Shown here: in pieces, positions 1 through 8,403 of the stretch | How positions within the stretch are numbered: the stretch's first letter is position 1 | Layout of the letters: each line of letters opens with the position of its first letter | DNA from: Candidatus Cloacimonadales bacterium | Lineage (GTDB): Bacteria > Cloacimonadota > Cloacimonadia > Cloacimonadales > JAFGVF01 | Length of the DNA: 64,000 nt | Assembly (NCBI GenBank): GCA_963667035.1 | Contig: OY762964.1 | Coordinates: forward strand, 1,856,001-1,920,000 | Direction: 5' to 3' | The notes under the pieces: model-generated | Told to the model about the DNA's origin: nothing | Seen by the model: the letters and a program-made list of their open reading frames with translations, nothing else | Databases searched by the model: none | Position numbers and translations under genes: made by a program

Positions 1-1
1 C

Positions 2-823
2 TCTTCTGTTAGTTCCGGTGCGACACCTAATATATCTTCCAATAAACTTAATAAAGTACTTGATAAACTTTCAGATGACCCCAGCATAAAAGCAGTTGTT
101 TTAAGAGTTAACAGCCCCGGAGGTTCTTCTCTTGAATCTGACATTATAGCACAAAGAATCAGAATGTTGAAAGAGAAGAAACCCGTAGTTGTGTCAATGG
201 GAAGTGTAGCTGCATCAGGAGGATATTATATCAGTGCACCTTGCGATTATATATACGCCGACCCGTTCACAGTTACAGGTTCTATCGGTGTCATTATGAT
301 GTTCCCTGATGTTAGTAAACTTGGTGAAGATATAGGAATTAAGACAGAAACTATCAGCATGAGTAAGTTCCATAGCGTAAACAACATTTGGTCAGAGCGT
401 TCACCAATGATGTTAGAATCACTTGAGCAAGAAGTAAACTCTGTGTATACTGAATTCAAGAGTGTAGTCTCTCAAGGAAGAAAGATGCCTATGAGTGAAG
501 TTGAGAAGTATGCTCAAGGACGTGTTTGGGGTGCTGATTTAGCATTAAAGCATGGTCTTGTTGATGAAATAGGTACTCTTAACAATGCTGTAAACAAAGC
601 AGCTCAATTAGGTAATCTAGAAGCTTACACAGTTTCAACCTACCCTAGAAAGAAATCTGTGTTCGAATACTTGATGGAGAACAAAGACCATTTATTTTCA
701 ATGGCATTACAAAATCATGGTAGCATCAAATCACAGTTAATGCAAAAAGCTGAGAATCTGGAAAGAATGCTTAATGAATATCGTATGTATATGATAATGC
801 CTTATGAGTTGGAATTTGAATAA
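2..823 (+). CDS. sppA: Signal peptide peptidase SppA (5'-truncated by window edge)
   Basis: Frame is open from base 2 (..KAVVLRVNSPGGS..). S49 motifs VVVSMGSVAASGGYY, TGSIGV and GRVW..A...GLVD. Confidence 0.9.
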   Translation, partial: SSVSSGATPNISSNKLNKVLDKLSDDPSIKAVVLRVNSPGGSSLESDIIAQRIRMLKEKKPVVVSMGSVAASGGYYISAPCDYIYADPFTVTGSIGVIMMFPDVSKLGEDIGIKTETISMSKFHSVNNIWSERSPMMLESLEQEVNSVYTEFKSVVSQGRKMPMSEVEKYAQGRVWGADLALKHGLVDEIGTLNNAVNKAAQLGNLEAYTVSTYPRKKSVFEYLMENKDHLFSMALQNHGSIKSQLMQKAENLERMLNEYRMYMIMPYELEFE

Positions 824-833
824 AGAGGATACA

Positions 834-2339
834 ATGAGAAATGAAATAATAGTAAATGTACATCCTCTTGAAAAACGTCTTGCAGTCCTTGAAAACAATA
901 AGCTTGTTGAGATGATTGTTGAAAAGAAGGACAAAGAAAACGTAGTTAATAATATATATAAAGGTACCGTAAAAGATGTCTTACCCGGAATGGGAGCCGC
1001 TTTTATCGATATAGGTCTTGATAGAACAGCCTTTCTACATTACTCTGATATAGTTGGAGATTTTCTTGAGTATTTCGATCAAGGAATCCCTGATAAGCTT
1101 ATGAATGACCACGATTCATCTAAGATTGGAGATATTTTAAAACCTGGACAAGAGATTGTAGTACAGGTGCAAAAAGGACCTATTAATAAGAAAGGTGCCA
1201 GATTAACGGGGCGTATTTCTCTTCCCGGTAAGTTCCTAGTCTTCTTTCCCAATCAGAGAAAGATAGCTATTTCACGAAAGATTACTAATCAGAATGAACG
1301 TAATCGTATTCGGAATATTCTAAAGGAAGTGAAAGATAAGAATGTAGGACTTATTGTCAGGACAGAAGGTGACGGATGTACTAAAGAGGAATTTGAAACT
1401 GAATATAAAGCCATGAGTAAGACATGGAGATTGATTGAGAAGCAAATTAAACATGCAAAACCTCCACTATGTGTTTTCGAAGAAAATGATTTAGCAAATG
1501 TACTTATTCGTGATTTATTCAGTGCTAAAGTTGATCATCTAGTGATAGATGATAAAGTTTTTACTAAATATATTAAGGGACAGATACAGGATGTTTCTCC
1601 CGAACTAGCTGACAGAGTTGAACATTATCAGGAAGATTCTCCGATTTTTGACGCTTATGGTATCGAGAAGAAAATTGAGTCTATCTTCCAGTCAAAGATT
1701 TATTTACCAAGTGGTGGAAACATTGTTATCGAACAAACCGAAGCAATGGTAGTTATAGACATTAACACCGGTAGCTTTACAGGGAAAACCAGCTATGAGC
1801 AGACTGTGAAAAAGACTAACATCGAAGCAGCAAGAGAGATTGCCAGACAGCTAAGATTGAGGGATTTAAGCGGTATTGTCGTAGTTGACTTTATTGACAT
1901 GAAAGAAGAGAGCAGTAGGGATGAAGTTATGACAGCTCTTAAAAAGGAGCTCAAGAAAGATAGAGCAAAAACAAAAGTCTATCCGTTTGGTCCTCTTGGC
2001 TTAGTAGATATCACACGTAAACGAGTTAGAAACTCTCTTATGTTAAGCTATTCAGAGCAATGTCCTCAATGCTTTGGTACAGGTAGGATAGTGTCCAGAG
2101 ATGCTGTTATGATGAGAATCAATCGTTGGGTGAGTAGAGCCGAGTACTTTTTAGCAAATGACAAGATAAAGATAAAAGTACATTCAAACGTAAGAAAGTA
2201 TTTACTGGATAATCCCAATGCTTTACGAAGTTATAGTCTGAAAGTTGATTTTGAGACAGATGATCTACTAAGACCTGATGAATTTAAAGTGTTGCGTCCT
2301 TCAGACGGAGCGGAAATCACTGAGGAATATAATGCTTGA
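834..2339 (+). CDS. Rne/Rng family ribonuclease (RNase G/E)
   Basis: S1 domain (NIYKGTVKDVLPGMGAAFIDIG), catalytic DINTG and DFIDM, CPQC Zn-link. Start moved to ATG 834 behind an AGAGGA RBS. Confidence 0.92.
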   Translation: MRNEIIVNVHPLEKRLAVLENNKLVEMIVEKKDKENVVNNIYKGTVKDVLPGMGAAFIDIGLDRTAFLHYSDIVGDFLEYFDQGIPDKLMNDHDSSKIGDILKPGQEIVVQVQKGPINKKGARLTGRISLPGKFLVFFPNQRKIAISRKITNQNERNRIRNILKEVKDKNVGLIVRTEGDGCTKEEFETEYKAMSKTWRLIEKQIKHAKPPLCVFEENDLANVLIRDLFSAKVDHLVIDDKVFTKYIKGQIQDVSPELADRVEHYQEDSPIFDAYGIEKKIESIFQSKIYLPSGGNIVIEQTEAMVVIDINTGSFTGKTSYEQTVKKTNIEAAREIARQLRLRDLSGIVVVDFIDMKEESSRDEVMTALKKELKKDRAKTKVYPFGPLGLVDITRKRVRNSLMLSYSEQCPQCFGTGRIVSRDAVMMRINRWVSRAEYFLANDKIKIKVHSNVRKYLLDNPNALRSYSLKVDFETDDLLRPDEFKVLRPSDGAEITEEYNA

Positions 2340-2405
2340 CAGTAGTCCTACCCCAAATTTATTTGCAAAAATCATTAGATGGTTTTAATAATTAAGGAGA
2401 TATAG

Positions 2406-2732
2406 ATGTACGCTATAGTTGAATTTAGAGGTACACAGCTCAAAGTAGAAAACAACGCTGTGGTGAAAGTACCTTATCTCGCTGAGATGAAACAAGGCGA
2501 GAAAGTTGAAATCAGCGATGTTCTTATGCTAAGAACAGACGACGATATCAAAATTGGTACCCCCGTTGTCCCCGATGTAAAAGTCATCGCCGAAGTTATA
2601 TCAGACCCTGAAGATCTTAAATACAGGGATAAGAAAATAATCGTTTTCAAGAAGAAAAAAAGAAAAGGCTTCCGTAAAAAAAGAGGTCACAAGCAGAAAT
2701 ACTCTCTTCTTAGAATTGAAAGCATTAAATAA
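2406..2732 (+). CDS. rplU: 50S ribosomal protein L21
   Basis: MYAIVEFRGTQLKV...KKIIVFKKKKRKGFRKKRGHKQ; upstream of rpmA. Confidence 0.97.
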   Translation: MYAIVEFRGTQLKVENNAVVKVPYLAEMKQGEKVEISDVLMLRTDDDIKIGTPVVPDVKVIAEVISDPEDLKYRDKKIIVFKKKKRKGFRKKRGHKQKYSLLRIESIK

Positions 2733-2750
2733 ACAAAGAGGATTTAGTAC

Positions 2751-3005
2751 ATGGCACATAAGAAAGGTGTTGGAAGTAGTAAGAACGGCCGCGATAGTAA
2801 CCCTCAATATCTGGGTGTTAAGAAATATGGCGGTGAGTTAGTTAAAGCCGGTAACATCATCGTACGTCAGCGTGGGACTAAATTCCATCCTGGCAACAAC
2901 GTTGGCATAGGTAAAGATCACACTATCTTCAGTCTTATTGAAGGTAATGTTAAGTTTGAAACCAAAGCTAAAGGTAGAAAGTTCATCAGCGTTTATCCTG
3001 CATAA
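2751..3005 (+). CDS. rpmA: 50S ribosomal protein L27
   Basis: [16 protein letters not shown]...[13 protein letters not shown]. Confidence 0.98.
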   Translation: MAHKKGVGSSKNGRDSNPQYLGVKKYGGELVKAGNIIVRQRGTKFHPGNNVGIGKDHTIFSLIEGNVKFETKAKGRKFISVYPA

Positions 3006-3024
3006 ACTTTCCCTACATAAATTT

Positions 3025-3051
3025 AAAAGCCTGCTTTTCAGCAGGCTTTTT
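3025..3051. terminator. Intrinsic (probably bidirectional) terminator
   Basis: AAAAGCCTGC-TTTTCA-GCAGGCTTTTT between convergent genes. Confidence 0.85.
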
Positions 3052-3074
3052 CTTTATTCTTAAAACCATCATTA

Positions 3075-3923
3075 TCAATCAATCCAATTATACACTCTCT
3101 GCTCTGAATTCTCATCTACCAAGAACATAGGATTGAGCTTCTTATCAAACCAATAAGTTTGCCAATGAAGATGGGGACCTGTAGATCTTCCGGTAGAACC
3201 AACCTCTCCTATCACTTGATTACGAGTAACTGTCTGACCTTCTTTAATCTTTATTTTGCTTAAATGGAAATACTCGGAGCTAAGCCCTAAACCGTGATCG
3301 ATGAATATGAAATTACCACTATAATAGAAATCATCAATAAGTACAACAACTCCATCTGCCATTGCTCTTACATTAGCCCCCATACCTTTAGCTATATCGG
3401 TTCCTGTGTGAATACTTTCTTTCCAACCATTGTATACTCGCTTAGAACCGAATTTAGTAGATATTCTTCCAGTATATGTTGGTTGTTGAATCTCATTGAA
3501 ATACTGCTTATCAGTCCTAGATAAAGCCTTTCGAGTGCTAACTTTGATATAGTATTCCTTCTCTAGTCTTTGTTTAAGTTCTTCGCTCTTGGGTGGGTCA
3601 ATCATCTCAGGAGCAACAGTAATGGAATCAATTTGCCCGGCATCGTATCCAGGTATCGGTAAGTTTATTTGTATCCTTTGGCTCGCATTGATATTAATGA
3701 CTAACGTTCCATTTCTGTTCTCTCCCAAACCAAAACCAAAAATAAACTTATCACCATCCATTTTTAACTCCCGGCTATTGAAAGAAATCTGTTCTACATC
3801 TCTAAGAACCTTACCTTGTATCAGGCCACACTCGGTAAAATCACCTGTAAGTTCAACGACCCTCTCAGCCTGTAATCCTAAAATAAAAAGCAACAGGAAA
3901 ACAATAACCATTCTACATCTCAT
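3075..3923 (-). CDS. M23 family metallopeptidase, exported
   Basis: Signal peptide; HTGTDIA (HxxxD), YFHLS and GRSTGPHLH motifs. Confidence 0.9.
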   Translation of the reverse strand: MRCRMVIVFLLLFILGLQAERVVELTGDFTECGLIQGKVLRDVEQISFNSRELKMDGDKFIFGFGLGENRNGTLVININASQRIQINLPIPGYDAGQIDSITVAPEMIDPPKSEELKQRLEKEYYIKVSTRKALSRTDKQYFNEIQQPTYTGRISTKFGSKRVYNGWKESIHTGTDIAKGMGANVRAMADGVVVLIDDFYYSGNFIFIDHGLGLSSEYFHLSKIKIKEGQTVTRNQVIGEVGSTGRSTGPHLHWQTYWFDKKLNPMFLVDENSEQRVYNWID

Positions 3924-4384
3924 TAGTTTACATCTCCCAAATAAATAGGTCCATTATATGACTTATCTCGGATAATTCCCTTTAAAGTCTTGGGATATAG
4001 TCTGACATTTGGTAAACTATCAATATCAATCCATTCTACACCTGTCTGATACGGATCTTTATGTTCACCTACTTCAGGCATACATCCATCAACAAGACTA
4101 GCTTCAAACATAAACTCAATTTGATGTACGTGATTATCAAATTCAGCAAACTCATGATTATCTGAGAGATATTCTCTAATGTAGAGAAGCTTTCCCGGAA
4201 CAACCTCGCAGTTTATCTCTTCTCTACACTCTCTGCGTAAAGTCTCCGGCATCGTCTCATAATGCTCTTGTCCCCCACCAGGTAGTAGATAGAAAATACC
4301 CAGATGGTCCTTACACTTAATCGTTAACAGTTTATCATCTTTTACAATAATTGCCTTTATGGAATTTCTTATTTTCTTAGTCAT
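3923..4384 (-). CDS. NUDIX hydrolase
   Basis: Nudix box GGGQEHYETMPETLRRECREEIN. Confidence 0.9.
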   Translation of the reverse strand: MTKKIRNSIKAIIVKDDKLLTIKCKDHLGIFYLLPGGGQEHYETMPETLRRECREEINCEVVPGKLLYIREYLSDNHEFAEFDNHVHQIEFMFEASLVDGCMPEVGEHKDPYQTGVEWIDIDSLPNVRLYPKTLKGIIRDKSYNGPIYLGDVN

Positions 4385-4504
4385 ATATAACTCCTCTATA
4401 CGAAAACAAGGATTCTAACTATTCATGTAAAGTAAAAGTCATAAAGAAAAGGGTTTTTACAATTACTACATCATTGGAATTGGTATTGATTTCGAGCTAC
4501 TTAT

Positions 4505-5854
4505 TTATTCTATGAGAGCTTCAATTCTTTTTCTTAGCGTTTCACTATCAGGGATTTGTGATGAATATGCCAATTTTCCGTTAATTAGCATAGTAGGAAT
4601 AGATTTTATGTTAAGTGCTTTAATCAAAGCAACTCCCTCTTTTGTAGTTGATTTATACTCCCGTAACTCCACCTTATCCTCTAAGCCTATGATTGACTCA
4701 TGAACAGCTTTCACCATATACAGACAAGGCGGACAAGAACCGGAGTCCTGAGTTATAACTTCAATAATCAGCTTACCGTAGTTTTTATAATCAATTAAGT
4801 CTATGGAATCATTTACAACGTCCATGCTCTCTGCACTAATCGCTTTTTTACACCTGCACTTACAATGTACTGTATCTGCAACTGTAACTAAGTTCTCAAT
4901 AGGAGTATCATAAGGTAAATCACATCCCGGAGCCAAGAGGTAACCTAGTTCTCCCCCATCTTGCAAGCATTCGATTGTATGTTTCATGACTTGCGTTTTA
5001 GTTCCATGAAGTAGAACCTCACCTAGATTCAAGTTTCCACTAAACGATTTCTTATATTTATGACCAAGTTCTCTCATATAGCTCAATGAGATATTATCAT
5101 CTATTGATAAGTTGTCACAATCTGTTTTACACATAACTTCGAGATTACGCGTTGCATCCCCACAGACAAATAAAGAGCTTATCAATCCTGCTTTTCTAAT
5201 CTCTTTAAAAACTCTATTAACATAAGGTGCAACAAAGTTATTAAATTGCCCAGGAGTAATCTGACTTATCATCGGATCAACAACAGCAATAACATCTACT
5301 TTGTTATAAACATAGAACCCAGCTGTTTTCATTGTAATATCCGTACAATAATCCACTACTTCCTTAATCTTTTCAGGTTCTTTAATCATACCGAGTAACA
5401 TGTCATAACCGCATAAATGTAATGCAAGGGTAAATGGTCCCGTCACAAGTCCGTAAAGAGCAATACTTTCTTTGACCTTATCTTTAACTGCATGGATAGC
5501 TTTAGCTATTTCCTTAAAACGATTACTCTCGGTTTTGTATTTTGGTAAGTCTATTAAATCTTTGCTTCTTAATGGATGTGAAACAACAGCAGGAGGTAGT
5601 TTGTCGCTCCACTTTAGTTCACATCCTAATTGCTCAGCCTCTAACTGTAAGTCAAAGACAATAGGTAGCCCATCCGGTTTATATAATTCAACAGCTTTTA
5701 AAAGTCCTTTTGCAATCATTCTCCCCGATTGCAGATACTCATTAGCACTGATACCTAATAATTTACCACCGTGAACTCCGACAAACGGTACCCATGGTAT
5801 ACGATTGGTCTCCTCTCTATGTAATGCATTAATAACGAGTTCTTTACCTGTCAT
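4505..5854 (-). CDS. Uroporphyrinogen decarboxylase / MtaA-CmuA family protein with C-terminal thioredoxin-like domain
   Basis: EAEQLGC, GPFTLA, VVDPM, CGDAT, SGNL and LAPGCDLP motifs. C-terminal SCPPC...SIPTMLING. Confidence 0.8.
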   Translation of the reverse strand: MTGKELVINALHREETNRIPWVPFVGVHGGKLLGISANEYLQSGRMIAKGLLKAVELYKPDGLPIVFDLQLEAEQLGCELKWSDKLPPAVVSHPLRSKDLIDLPKYKTESNRFKEIAKAIHAVKDKVKESIALYGLVTGPFTLALHLCGYDMLLGMIKEPEKIKEVVDYCTDITMKTAGFYVYNKVDVIAVVDPMISQITPGQFNNFVAPYVNRVFKEIRKAGLISSLFVCGDATRNLEVMCKTDCDNLSIDDNISLSYMRELGHKYKKSFSGNLNLGEVLLHGTKTQVMKHTIECLQDGGELGYLLAPGCDLPYDTPIENLVTVADTVHCKCRCKKAISAESMDVVNDSIDLIDYKNYGKLIIEVITQDSGSCPPCLYMVKAVHESIIGLEDKVELREYKSTTKEGVALIKALNIKSIPTMLINGKLAYSSQIPDSETLRKRIEALIE

Positions 5855-5855
5855 A

Positions 5856-6221
5856 CTAATAACTTATCCTTTTAGTTATCTCGAAAGATGTACCTTCTCA
5901 GGGATTACTTTTACAAACAATTGTTACTGAATTCTTATGCACAAGTTCTTTTACCAAAAGCATACCTAAGCCGATTCCCTTCTCATTATCTGTACCTAGA
6001 GTTGTTAGTCTGGATGATTTAAATAGGTTTATTACTTTATCTTTATCCATCCCAACACCATAATCACGAATAGTGATAATCATGTTCTGCTCTTGAACTG
6101 TGTATGACACATCTATCTTTGATGAATTGTGAGAGTACTTAATATCATTTTGAATCACATTTCTAAAGATAGTATTCACGGAAGTTATCTCACCCTTAAT
6201 CTTAGTCTCACTCAAGAGCAA
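5856..6221 (-). pseudogene. Histidine kinase HATPase_c remnant
   Basis: N-box FRNVIQNDIKYS, G1 IRDYGVGM, GTDNEKGIGLG. In-frame TGA (5898-5900) interrupts SNP*EGTSF. No HisKA domain upstream. Confidence 0.75.
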
Positions 6222-6758
6222 TGTTGCAATAATATATAGCGTTTTTATAATAGTCGATAGACATGTAAGTATAACATATATTAGTTAGTATACGATATAT
6301 AAACCTGTCCTCGTTCCGATTGTGTTTTCCTGAATAAAAATATGCTTTCATAAAGTGCTTTAAAGCTTTACATTAATTTATCAAAGCCACCTTTATCTTT
6401 CTTTACAGTATAAACATAAAGTTGCTTCAGACTCTCGACAATGTTCATATCGCCTCCTATTGATATTCTAAAACTCACTATTACATCTCTAATGTCAATC
6501 AATTTCATATATTAATGATGCTTAAACCGTATCTATTTATACATGTGTTTGTTTATCCTGATGGTTAGGCGAATAACAATAGAAATAGTAACTCTTTGAG
6601 CTATGTGCAAGTGATGGCACTCGCACTACAATTAATGTATCGACACAGACGATGTAGATCAAAAGTTATATGTGTGAACCGTCTATGTCAATTCATCTCA
6701 ACAAAGCTTAAAAACTCTCCAATGTTTAGCTTTAAATTTCCGTACATCTCATGAGATG

Positions 6759-6820
6759 CCCGTTAGCTCCCCGTTAGAAACTCGTTACAATAGTAGGGAA
6801 TCAGATTGGAATCAAATTGC
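6759..6820. repeat. 11-bp-period imperfect tandem arrays
   Basis: CCCGTTAGCTC/CCCGTTAGAAA/CTCGTTACAAT, then GGAATCAGATT/GGAATCAAATT. Confidence 0.5.
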
Positions 6821-6910
6821 TATTCGGTCTATATGATATCATTATTGAGAAAGTGCTAATATTCGATGAGAAAACAAAATAGTTGTATAGATTTGAAAGG
6901 ATTTATAGAG

Positions 6911-7000
6911 TATTCGACCCACTTCCGGATCAATGTATCTTTTTATATAGTTTCCATACACTTCGTACATGGCTACTCACATTTAATCCCCTTAGGATTA
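6911..7000 (-). repeat. REP-like palindromic unit (GTAG type), same family as 60612-60828 and 62589-62702
   Basis: Reverse complement TAATCCTAAGGGGATTAAATGTGAGTAGCCATGTACGAAGTGTATGG aligns with the copies at 60715 and 62589. Confidence 0.8.
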
Positions 7001-7003
7001 ACA

Positions 7004-7114
7004 AAATGAATCCTTAGTTTAATGGATAGTAGGTAAATAACTAAGTCCATACATCTGAATCACTCCAATCAACTATGTTTCAATCCTTGATTTAATGGAT
7101 AGTAGGTAAATAAC
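7004..7114 (-). CRISPR. Orphan mini CRISPR array: one intact 38-bp repeat, one 35-bp spacer, one degenerate trailer repeat
   Basis: Repeat 7077-7114 reads GTTATTTACCTACTATCCATTAAATCAAGGATTGAAAC on the minus strand (ATTGAAAC handle). Second copy 7009-7041 is 31/33 identical. Spacer at 7042-7076. No cas genes in the window. Confidence 0.8.
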
Positions 7115-7348
7115 TAATATTCTCACGTATATATTTAAATATCAGATAATTACAAATAAATCTCAGAACTGAATATCTGATAAATTCATGTATGCTGATG
7201 CAAAAAATACATCGGAATTTGCTTCTCGGGAACACGTAAACACTCTATAATAAAGGGCAAAGAGCAGATTTCTATCAATTAAGCAATAATTTTGCCTCAG
7301 GAAAGATAAAATCAGTTTTATATTTATTTTCCAATCAGTAATTGTCAA
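7115..7348 (-). promoter_or_regulatory. Putative CRISPR leader
   Basis: AT-rich non-coding stretch abutting the intact repeat. TTGACA at 7343-7348 (minus). IHF consensus TATCAGATAATTA at 7140-7152. Confidence 0.6.
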
Positions 7349-7795
7349 TTAAATTATAGTGTTAATATAGTGTTTTGTCCTAGAATAGTTGTATTAAACT
7401 ATAAAAAGAAATATTATGGAAGAGAAAGATGAAAAATGAGTTTTTGTAGTATTCAAATAGAATGGATTGGCATGGATAAGGAAGAAAGAACTAAACAAAA
7501 TGAGAAGTACAACTTACCAAACAGTAGATACTAAATATACGCCAATAATACAGATGTCTTAATCAAAATCCATACATAGAAATATTAGCTGTTTACAATG
7601 CTAAAACCTAAAGGCAGACGATTATGTATACTTATACATAATTCATCATAGCCAAATAATACTGACTAATCAATCATCAATATCTGATATAGACTAATTC
7701 ATACTGTTATATCAGTGGTAAGGTTATTGAAGCCTTAAAAGATAATGTAAAGGATGTCCTCTATGGCAATGAATTTGGAAAGAGTAGCAAGTAAC

Positions 7796-8402
7796 ATGAC
7801 AACTGACAATAATAGTAGTAAAATCATTGTTACTAACTACAGATTTGAAAGAAAATTCCATTTGAGCGAACTATCAAGATTCTAAGTTGAGAGTTTTGTT
7901 AAACTACATCCAGCCTTTTTCTCTGAGATATTCTATAAAAGATACATAAATAACATATATCTGGATTCTCATAACTTCACTAATTTACACGAGAATGTTG
8001 ATGGAGCATCGGACAGAATCAAAATTCGAATCAGGTGGTATGGTGATTTGTTCGGATATGTTGAGGAACCAACCCTTGAGATTAAAGCTAAGAGGGGATT
8101 ATTGGGCATGAAAATATCTGCTCATATTGAACCATTTCATTTCTCCAATACTACTGATATAACTTTAATGACGAAGAGTTTAGAATTATAATAGATAGCG
8201 ACCAATCCTTCTATACCGTAAACAAGAAAATAACTTGTTTATGAATCATCATAAAGACAGAGAATCTGTTATCCTGGAACCAAAGTATGGGAAGTATCTA
8301 GACCACAAAGCTAATAACATAACATCTAAATTCCCTTTCAGAGTAACAAGGTCGTTAAAGTATGTGAGTGGACTCCAAAAGATATATCAGCAAGTATTTT
8401 AG
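7796..8402 (+). pseudogene. VTC / polyphosphate polymerase domain protein remnant
   Basis: YRFERKF..*(TAA 7883)..INNIYLDS...DRIKIRIRWYG...LEIKAKRG. Further stops and frameshifts follow; ends FPFRVTRSLKYVSG. Confidence 0.75.
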
Positions 8403-8403
8403 C

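Noticed and set aside
5898..5900. In-frame TGA in the HATPase ORF as possible selenocysteine (selAB are nearby)
   Set aside because: It occupies a Gly position of the S.PGEGT.F motif, not a Cys position, and the gene is otherwise degraded; GGA->TGA nonsense is simpler.
6614..6692. Two hairpins (GTGCAAGTG/CACTCGCAC; GACACAGACG/CGTCTATGTC) as an ncRNA or tracrRNA
   Set aside because: No complementarity to the CRISPR repeat and no recognisable RNA family motif.
7163..7348. 61-aa ORF in the track
   Set aside because: Coincides with the AT-rich CRISPR leader; its TTG start is the TTGACA box; no RBS.
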